64,000 nt of DNA from Curvularia clavata (Eukaryota), in assembly GCA_023920165.1 (NCBI GenBank), contig CP089277.1:1798001-1862000 (forward strand). Direction: 5' to 3'. A program made the position numbers and the translations under genes. Under the pieces are notes generated by a model that made no database searches, had not been told where the DNA came from, and saw nothing but the letters and a program-made list of their open reading frames with translations. Positions within the stretch are counted from its first letter, which is position 1. Each line of letters opens with the position of its first letter. Shown in pieces: positions 24,543 to 33,902 of the stretch.

Positions 24543-25734
24543 ATGGCGCATAGTCTGAGATCAGTTTTGAAAGACCAATATCTTTGTCCAAGGCGCATAC
24601 ATCGAAGACAAATGGATTTCAGCAGCACGAGGGAACTCTGTATTTAAAGTTCTAAACCCGGCCGACAAAGAGCTGATCGGTTCATGTCCCGAATGCACCT
24701 GGCTGATCTACATGCTGCCACTCAATCCGCCTCTCGCGCTTTTCAGCGGTGGAAAGCCTTTCCCAGGCGCCAAAGAAGCCAAATCCTACAAAATGTTTTT
24801 GGTCTCTTGAGAGAACATCAACAGGACCTCGCCACCATCATTACAGCGGAAAGTGGCAAGCCTTCTACCGATGTTCAGGGCGAAGTGCAAGTCGCCTATT
24901 GTCAAGAAAATTTCATTTACGGGTTCCGCGAGAGTAGGCAGATTTTTGATGCAGTAATTCAACTGAACACGTAATAGGCTCAGTCTTGGACTATGTGGCA
25001 AAGCCGCATTCATCCTTTTCGATGACGCCGATATTGAGAATGCCATTTTAAATGCTCTGATCAGCAAGTTCAAAGTACCCGGTCAAACACGTATCTCTGC
25101 CAATCGATTTTTCATCCAGGATGACATCTACGGCCAATTAAGCCAGCGATTGATAGAAGACGTTAAGCGTTTCCGCGTGGCTCACGGCAACGACCCTTTG
25201 AATACCCACGGTCCTCTCACAATGGGCATTTCCAAGGTTGAGGCCCAAATTGCTGACGCTATAGCAAAGGGTGCGACTCTGCTGCATGAAGGTCATCCGC
25301 TTCCACTTCTGGGCGGCAATTCCCATGAGCTCACCGTACTGGCGAATGTAACGTATGAAATGCTGTGCATGCATGAGGAAATATTTGGGCACGTTGCTGC
25401 ACTATCAATGTTCTCAACTAAGACGAAATGATTCGGCGAGTGAATTCCTGTGATTTTGGGCTGACGTCTTATGTTACGACACAGAATCTGGGGCTCTTGA
25501 CGAGAGTGTCGGAATCTCTCGGGGCAGGTATGGTGGCAATCAACACACTTGTCATCTCCGACTCGTCTACCCCATAAGTTTCTCTACGCTTCTCTGCTAC
25601 GCAAAATAATTTTTAAAACTTAGTTTAGATTTGGTGGGGTCCAACAATCTGGATTCGGTCGAGAAGGGAGCAAATATAGAATTGACAATTACCTTGTAAT
25701 TAAGAATATTGTGACGAACGTAGCGATGCTATAG
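24543..25734 (+). pseudogene. Succinate-semialdehyde dehydrogenase-like (UGA2/GabD-type ALDH) pseudogene
   Basis: Fragments MAHSLRSVLKDQYL / FVQGAYIEDKW..VLNPADKELIGSCPEC / DLATIITAESGKP..GEV / VKKISFTGSARVG..** / SLGLCGKAAFILFDDAD..SKFKVPGQTRISANRF / EEIFG / [14 protein letters not shown]. It has frameshifts, in-frame stops and a large internal deletion. Confidence 0.88.
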
Positions 25735-26033
25735 GGTTTGAACCCGTACTTTTGGATAGCAGCAGATCTTCCAACAGTTCTTTTCCATGCCAAGGTAGGG
25801 AATATCATGTAGCTTGGCGGTTGAGTCAGCGCCATTCACGCACTGCTGAGAAATTTGCCCATGTAGCCTCAAGTGCAAGCTATCGAAACGAGATTACCAG
25901 CAAAAAGACATCACATCTCTTTAGGCTAAACGGCTGGGTAGAATGAAATAGCTGCTATTTTACGTGTACCTGGGTTCTTGAGGTGCAATTGCTTGTATCT
26001 TGAATTGAGTCTTTTATAAGTCACTACCCTTGC

Positions 26034-27527
26034 TCACAATCGTGCCTCAACTGATTGCGTCGATAGAGCCTTCATAACCTCAGCAGCTGCAGCCTCGCCG
26101 GAGTCCAATGCACCCTCCATGTAGCCCTTCCATTCACTAGCATACTCAGTGCCCGCGAAATGAAGGTTACCTACCGCTTTACCATTGATATCGGTGAACT
26201 TTGTCATGTATCCCAGAGCAGGAATTGGCACCAATGCACCCTTGCTGTATTCTTCATGCTTCCAGATCTGATTGAAGATCTCAATGGGCCGGTAAGCTTC
26301 CGAATCTTTGCCCTGGCAGAACGCATGGGCAATTTGTTCGAGGACAGCACGTCTTTGATCATGAGGGGCCATCTGGCTCCATTCGAACCCGCGCTTCCCA
26401 TTCATGAAACACGTCAAGCAATAGAGTCGTTTTTCGTCGACACTCGTGTCACGCGCAACAGCAATGTAGCCATCGTAACTCATGAAGAGGCCATTGTAGT
26501 TCTCTTCTCGCCACCAAGGAGTATCATAACATACGATGGACTTGTTATAGTCCCCCAATCTTGTCGATCCGGAAAGCTCCTGGAGTGGCTGTGGAAGTTG
26601 TGGTTGGATGTTGAGGTCACGATACAAGGTGCTTGGAATAGACAAGATGCACTTCCGTGCCACAAACTTTCGTCCAGCTTTCGTTATGACTGTGACTTTG
26701 TGCTTCTCGTTCTCAATGGTAGCTACTGGCGAAGAGAGATGGATGTTTTCATGACCTAATAGAGACGCCATACTTTTCATAATGGCTTGTGCACCTTTGC
26801 CGTAGTTAGCTTCGCGATAAGATATGCGCGAATGTTAAGCTTGTTCGTACCTGCAGGTAGACGGAGATACTGACCACCCGTGTGGTCGTCTGCTCGAATG
26901 GCAAGCAGTCCTTTGTTACGCCGGCAGTAATCGATGAAGAAGCAAGCTGACTGGTCGGTGGATTCAACGCCATGCATGACCTTGGCCCATACGTTCACCA
27001 AACGACAAGTGTTCTCTGTCGCGCCCAGGTTACGAACGTATTGGTCCAATGTCACAGCGTCATCTTCAGGCAGGTTGGGTAATCTTTTGAGTGATTTTTC
27101 TTGAATGTGATCGCGGATAACTTCCAGATTTTGTAACTCTTCTCTAGGGAACTTTAGTGAAGGTAAGTAAGAAGCAGCATTTGGCATAACGTTACTACCG
27201 ACATACTGTTGGGGTGTGCCCATTTTCGAACACTAACCGGTCTCCACCAACTGCGTATTGAACCACACCAAGACCTTCGATCCTTTGTTTGACAACGGGC
27301 ATGCCAAATTTCTGGACATATGACCATATTCTTGGTTGTAGAGTGTCGTTGATCCAAGCGGCACCCAAATCAACATTCCCACGGCCTGAAGCCAGCGGTA
27401 CGCTCCATACCTTACCTCCAACGCGATCTCTAGCTTCGATCACTGCTACTGACAAGCCCTCCTGCTGCGCACTCAATGCAGCTTGCAGTCCACTCGGGCC
27501 GGCCCCAATGACTACGACGTCGAACAT
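26034..27527 (-). CDS. Flavin-containing amine oxidase (MAO-N-like) with C-terminal PTS1 (-ARL)
   Basis: Exons 27527-27207, 27151-26851 and 26794-26034 are in frame. Motifs DVVVIGAGPSG..EARDRVGG, DLGAAWIND, LHFAGTEYASEWKGYMEGA; the protein ends VEARL*. Confidence 0.92.
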
Positions 27528-27678
27528 GGTGTAAAGTATGGTTGCTTCCTTAGAAACAAGAATTTGAATTTATGTGGAATATAGTTTAGAGCTTGTGTTG
27601 TCAAGCATGGCCGCTTTTGCATACTGATATAGTCGAGATTGGGGTGAAGGAAGCACCATGCGCACGCTAACCCAAAAT

Positions 27679-27696
27679 GGTCAAAAAGATGAGACG
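27679..27696 (-). promoter_or_regulatory. Cluster motif copy in the amine oxidase / Fe2OG divergent promoter
   Basis: Minus strand CGTCTCATCTTTTTGACC; 15 bp (27682-27696) are identical to 24373-24387. Confidence 0.6.
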
Positions 27697-28006
27697 CATC
27701 ATGCGAATATTCCACCTTGGCTTCATTTTCAATCAAGCGCGGTCTCGACAAGTCTTCTGGAAAATTTGCCTTAGAACAGATAGGTGGGTAGGTCTAGGGA
27801 GGCGGGGTAGCCATTACTTGCCTCGACGCTCTTGAAAGGCTCAATGTCTTGATCGTGTGAATTGCTATCGCAAGGGTATCACAAGTTGTGCATATATACG
27901 TGAAACATGCGCTCGTTCAAAATACAAAAAGATAATAGTAGTCCTCTTCCCAGAAAATCATCAAGAGACATTATCACCACATACCCATCTCCATCCCCCT
28001 TTCAAC

Positions 28007-29071
28007 ATGAATACATCCGTTCTCAGTCCACCCAAGCCAGCCGCGCCACTTGAGAAGACCGTCACCAGGCCGAGCATACCATTGCCAAAAAGTCTCATAG
28101 AGAAAAGCATTCTGAAGGAGCGCCTCTCGTTCGATCCAGCGATACATTTAAACTTCAAAACCGCTCCTAAAGTGATGACAATGAAGGAAATAGGATATGA
28201 AGGTTATGGGATCTCTCCAGTGGCCGTATCAGAGCCGTTCCCGCTCTTCAAAGAGAATGCTGTCAATCAAATGCGCGCGGAGGCTTTCACACCAGAAGTC
28301 CTAGACAACTGCCTAGTCTCGTCCAGTTTCGCGAAACATATGATTCGAGCGTACGCGCCTAAGTACGCGACATTTGCATGGGAAGCTTGGCACAATGAAG
28401 AAGTGCAGGCGATTGTCTCTAAAATTGCTGGTGTAGAGCTGGTACCCAGTCTCCCCTGCGACGTCGGCCACATCAATGTGTCATTTGGCTTGGACGACGA
28501 GCCGCAGCCAGACACTGACGAAACATCTGCATTCGGATGGCACTTTGACAGTACTCCTTTCGTCTGTGTAACCATGCTTTCTGACTGTACTCAAATGGTT
28601 GGAGGAGAAACTGCAATCAAGACAGCTTCCGGAGATATTATCAAGGTGCGAGGGCCAACAATGGTGAGTTTCTCGTCCTCATCGATGTCTGTCAAATAAT
28701 CGCAGTTAACTTCTCTCTAATAGGGAACCGCTGTGATAATGCAAGGGCGGTATATTGAACACCAAGCACTGAAAGCTTTTGGTGGCAAAGAACGCCTAGC
28801 TATGGTGACATCGTGGCGACCAAAGTCACCATTTATGTTGGATCAGACAGTACTTGCTGGTGTTCGCGGTATCACAGAGCAGAATTCGCTTTACTACTGG
28901 TTCTGCGACTATCGGTTTGAGAATATAGAAGCTCGATTTCGAGAAGAGCGACGCAAGATCCTCGAGCGTCAGTGTCAGAGACTGGATTTCGATGTTGATA
29001 GCATCCGAGAATTCCTCGAGGAGCAGCAGAGAACGATAAAGCTTCTTCTTGGCGAGATTGTACATACCTGA
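28007..29071 (+). CDS. Uncharacterised fungal Fe(II)/2-oxoglutarate dioxygenase-fold protein
   Basis: Exon 28007-28663, intron 28664-28723, exon 28724-29071. WHFDS (HxD), GGET, IEHQAL (distal His) and ERLAMVTS. Confidence 0.8.
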
Positions 29072-29828
29072 TAACGTGGGATCGATTGACAGTAATACGG
29101 CCACCGTGCACGTACATCTTTTTATTTTCGGTTGTTACATAACTCACATCCAATACGAGAGCTCTGTAGAGTTGCTTTTGCAGGGTTTCGGACCATTTCA
29201 TACAAGTCTTTGACAAAGTACCGTATTATGTCTCTCATCGTATGCCCTGCCAATAATAGATCAATTTTCCGCCTCTCTTTGTCTCAAACTGGGTTAGAAT
29301 ATGAGATCGAAGCGTCATGGTACTGATAACATTATACGTGACAGGAAGCATTGCTGCCTAACTGTTAGTGATAGTGAGACAAGTACAGAGAAAGTTTTGT
29401 ATTTTCCCCCGCTCCAGAGGCTTCCCCGCATTCTTTTAAAAAAACCTGGTCAGTGGGGCGAGGTTACATCTTACGCATCAAATGGTGCGTGTTTGAGGCT
29501 TCCAGATTTCCCCAAGTGCCTAGTGGGAACATAAACGGCTACATACGGTTAGTGCTGAAAGCTTTTTGGTCCCCTATACTCTCTACTGTGCCATTCTCGC
29601 GCTCCCCTTGTAATTATAATCCACTTAGCAAGAGATGCCAAAATCAATCCACTAACAAGAACATCATAAGGCCTCTCTTTTAAGGAGCAAGTGCCGCCGT
29701 TGCTTTGACATTGTACACGCAATGGGACTATCACATGATCTGATAGCACGATAAGACGATGAATATGAGAGATAATGGCGAACTACCTTCCCCAGAGGGT
29801 TCAATACATAGACGCTAAGTCAAAAGTT

Positions 29829-29875
29829 GTCTCATAGTTGTTTCCCGATACGGCAGATCTCACAAGGATGGCCCA
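29829..29875 (+). promoter_or_regulatory. Two cluster motif copies upstream of HglS
   Basis: GTCTCAT agttgttt CCCGATAcgg (29829-29853) and a degenerate ATCTCAC aaggatgg CCCA (29857-29875). Confidence 0.55.
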
Positions 29876-29954
29876 TATTTCCGATGATAAAGTTACAACG
29901 CATCAATCTTAAACTGATACTGTGTACACCCTCAGATAATACCTCCTCGTAACC

Positions 29955-31427
29955 ATGTCTTCCGCTGCAGCTCTCCAAACATTAAACCCATTCGCATTCG
30001 AGCCCATCGTCGCCCGGCTCATCAGTAGCAATCGAAGCAAATTTGTCCATCAAGATGCCCTCCGAAGTACATTTGCTTTGTACATGTCAGTAATGTACAA
30101 GGCCGAAGTGCCACTATACGGAGATCTCATTGAAATTGTCCGAGTTGTGAACGAGAAAGTGATCAGCTCGTCACCAGAGCGCCAATGGGGTTCAGAAAGG
30201 CTTGATGTCGAAAGACATGGAGCCATTCGCCTTGGTTCACCACAAGAACTGTCAATCATGCGACGTCTGCTCGCGGCTATTGGTCTTCATCCAGTCGGAT
30301 ACTACGATCTTTCAGTTGCTGGCCTTCCCATGCACGCGACAGCTTTCCGTCCCTTAACTCAAGAATCGTTAACGAAAAGTCCTTTTCGCATTTTTTGTAC
30401 TTTGCTAAGGCCTGAGCTACTCGACAACGAGACTCGAACCCTCGCCATGTCATTCATTAACAAACGTCGAATTTTCACTGCTGAGCTTCTTGATCTGATT
30501 GGCACGAACGAGTCACAGGGAGGCCTCACCGAAGAACAAGGCGAGGCGTTTACCATGGAAGCCATGAAAACCTTCCGCTGGCAAGGAACCGCAGTTGCCA
30601 ATCTCCATGAGTACAATCAGCTCCGCGACTCTCATCCCATAATTGCCGATATAGCTTGTTTCGGCACCGCCCATATCAATCACCTGACTCCAAGGACGCT
30701 TGACATCGATCAAGCCCAAGAGCAAATGCGTAAACGTGGAATGGCTGTCAAGAGCCGCATCGAAGGTCCGCCTTTACGAGCCTTTCCCATCCTTCTCCGC
30801 CAAACAAGTTTCCTTGCGCTAGAAGAATCCGTAAGCTTCCGGACCACCAACGACTCTACAAATGCTATATTGATCAATGGTTCGCATAAAGCTCGATTTG
30901 GTGAGATCGAACAGCGTGGTGCGGCGGTCACGCTTGCTGGCCGACAACTCTACGACAGCATCTTGTCGCGCGTGCTAGATACCGGACGCAAACGTAAAGC
31001 ATCAGCAGATGGAATGGATCATATTTTACAAGCAGAATTCGCCGCATATCCAGACACTCTGGAAGAGTTGATTGACCAGCGGTTAATCTATTGCATCTAC
31101 ACCGTCGATCAAAGTAAGATTGAAGAAGCCAAAGAGATTGGTCCAGCAGCTACAATTAGGCAACTATTAGCTAGGGGAGTGTTGCATGTCACGCCTCAAA
31201 TCTATGAGGACTTCCTTCCCTTATCTGCTGCGGGCATCTTCCTATCCAACCTCGGAAAGGGGAAGGCTGAGAACCCAGGGTTCGCTGTTGGAGGTGGCCA
31301 AGATGTATTTGAGCAAGCTCTTGGGGCGAAAGTGCATGACCCGGAAGCTTTTTATCAACAGGCGCAGCAACAGAGTCTCGAGGAATGTGCCAGAATATTG
31401 CGAATTGAGATAAGAGATGATTGTTAG
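29955..31427 (+). CDS. 2-oxoadipate dioxygenase/decarboxylase (hydroxyglutarate synthase, HglS/YdcJ, DUF1338)
   Basis: Single 490-aa ORF with MYKAEVPLY, ERHGAIRLG, GYYDLSVAGLPMHATAFRP, PFRIFCTLLR, HINHLTPRTLDID, IEGPP, ILLRQTSF.ALEE, HKARFGEIEQRG and YEDFLPLSAAGIF.SNL. These are the signature blocks of proteobacterial YdcJ/HglS. Confidence 0.9.
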   Translation: MSSAAALQTLNPFAFEPIVARLISSNRSKFVHQDALRSTFALYMSVMYKAEVPLYGDLIEIVRVVNEKVISSSPERQWGSERLDVERHGAIRLGSPQELSIMRRLLAAIGLHPVGYYDLSVAGLPMHATAFRPLTQESLTKSPFRIFCTLLRPELLDNETRTLAMSFINKRRIFTAELLDLIGTNESQGGLTEEQGEAFTMEAMKTFRWQGTAVANLHEYNQLRDSHPIIADIACFGTAHINHLTPRTLDIDQAQEQMRKRGMAVKSRIEGPPLRAFPILLRQTSFLALEESVSFRTTNDSTNAILINGSHKARFGEIEQRGAAVTLAGRQLYDSILSRVLDTGRKRKASADGMDHILQAEFAAYPDTLEELIDQRLIYCIYTVDQSKIEEAKEIGPAATIRQLLARGVLHVTPQIYEDFLPLSAAGIFLSNLGKGKAENPGFAVGGGQDVFEQALGAKVHDPEAFYQQAQQQSLEECARILRIEIRDDC

Positions 31428-31840
31428 CGGAGTCTTCCGCAGGGAATACCAAATGTGCGCCGGGGCTCCAACTCCTTGAAAATACGTAAGGGTAATACGC
31501 AATGTTTTGATATTCACTCAAATAATCGCATCAAACGCTCGAATTTGCGCTTCTTATGTTGAAGTACCATGTACGGCAAGTAAGTCAAAATTGCTTTCTT
31601 TCGAGGAGTAAATTGTTTATAGAATTGATAACATTGAAATTACGAACCTCATGAACAAATTCGCAACTTTCAAAGCTAGTGTCCAGATATCAGATCATGA
31701 AAGCGTTTATTGATAATTGGACTTATTACAGAGTTCGTTTTCAGGGTAGGTTACCGTTGTGGATGGGACTCCTCGGAATCGCGGAAATCCTGATGGTTCT
31801 TATCTATCGATGCTCCACGTCGAAGATAAGCCCAATGTTA

Positions 31841-32860
31841 CTATCTATCTAAACGACTGCTCCCACTATCGCTGCATATTCCGCTATCTGAATCCGCTTT
31901 CTCCGAGTCTTCTCCTCTTATCTCCGCATCAATTCTGTTTCTGAGCCGCTCACGCAGTCTCGCCAATACTTCAGCTTCCTCCACGTTGAGACTCATGTTA
32001 TCTGGCAACAAGACTTCTGCGCCGTTGATTTCAATGCGCCCCCCTTTCTGGTCATACCGCTGCTCTTCTATGGTCTTCTTTCGTTCTATACCACCTCTCG
32101 CATCCGGTACGACCTCTTCGTCCTTGATCCTTGCTTTGCGTACGTCCAACGGCGTCCACCAATACACTGGAAATTGTCGCTGGATGTTGTTGATAAACAG
32201 CCCGACTATCAGCATTAATGTGGTACCCCACATGACCAATCCTACGAAATAGTAACCCATGGCTGTGATAACGGGCTCGGTCGCTGCCAACACAGCGGAT
32301 GCGCCGCCAGGTGGGTGTACGGTGTTGGTCAAGAGCATCATGGCTGATGCGCAACCACAAGCTACGGCACCGGCAATCCATTTTATCGAATCGTAATCCG
32401 AATGGTACTGAAAAAGCTTTGATATGCTGACGCCGATGAGTGCTGAGAGTGTGTGACCCAGCAGAGCATTGCGTGGTTGACCAAGCGGCGATTTGATTGC
32501 GTTATATTCCAGAATAGCAGAGGCACCCTGTGTTCAACACATCAGCAGCTGCCGCCGCCGAGCCTCATATATTTCAGTACTTACAAAAGAAGCGATCATG
32601 GCAGGTGGGTGATGCCATTGTATACTACTCGTGTTGTTGAAAGCAGCCGCCACCACAGCAAGCCCACAGAACGCTCCCACGAACGACCAGCATGCGCCAA
32701 GTATATTGCCAACATCCTGTCGCGACTCTTTCCTGTACCCCAGGAACCTTGATACAGGAGCCGGAAGTCGGTGTAATGGGGATGGAGGCACAATACGGTT
32801 GAGATAGCGGTCGATATCTAGATCCCAATCCCTGGCACCAGCAAACGTGCTCGTCGCCAT
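31841..32860 (-). CDS. HPP family integral membrane protein
   Basis: IASF|GASAILEYNAIKSPLGQPRN..GHTLSA..TVHPPGGASA. One intron at about 32582-32529. Confidence 0.88.
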
Positions 32861-33902
32861 CTTCGCTCGCGCGTAATCCTCGAAAGCCCGTTACGCACGA
32901 TTGTAATAGCAAAACACAATGACGAGGCCAGATGATGGCTTAGCAACTGTCCTTCCAGGAACTCAAAACAGCGGAGGGATCGTTCTGGAAAGAAAGCAGA
33001 CCGTGAGACCAAGTCAATCGGAAAGGGACCCCTCTTTACTTTCCCTCCTTCCGACAAACTTCATATCCCGGTATCCGGATTTAATCTACCTTCGTTTGAA
33101 ACTACGGTCACATTGTTTGCAGCCCAGACAGCCCTTGTCTGACAAAAGCATGCGCGAATTGCTCAAAAAATAACGGATCTCGCTGACGTTGTGACGGCGC
33201 ACAGGCACCGCGACCACAAAGAGGGTAATGCAATGAGGCTCACGCACTACACAGGCTAGTCGAGTTACGTAACATTACGTACTATAAACCTATCAGAGTA
33301 CAACATCTCCTCGGTCCCGCGGACACGTTTAGTCTGGCATATACAGTGAGCGAGCTTGAGGGTGCCTTTTCCAACATTGTGTCACCGTGTAACTGGAAAT
33401 ATGGGGTTTGTGTAGCGGTGACCGGAGTAACGATGCGTGGATGGCGGCGGAAAGCAGCACAGTCATTACTCTGATGCCATGCGCAACTAAAAAGCTCTCT
33501 GGTATTTACGATTTTCTTGTCACTGAGTGAACAAAAAGAGTACTATCTGAGTGATGCACGGAGATGCGACGCAGGGCTCTGTTGTATCTTAGCCTTAGCG
33601 CCTGGCCTATGAGGGTACTAAACTGTGGTCAAGGCTGACGATCTACATCCCATTCGGTTACCACGGCACTACAGATTCGAAAGTCAATATCTATTGTTTG
33701 CTACATCGGTGTGGAGAGATCCTGCTATGAGAAAACAAAGTGGGTATAACATATCTAGTTTGATGAAGTGAGAGTCAGTCTTACGTCGTATCTCGTGGGA
33801 ATCGCCTCGACACAATACAGCACTTCCTGACATGTACTCCGCGCCCCTCCTCCCCCCATGCCTGTACTTGGAAATGATACACACATATCGCATCGCATAA
33901 GC

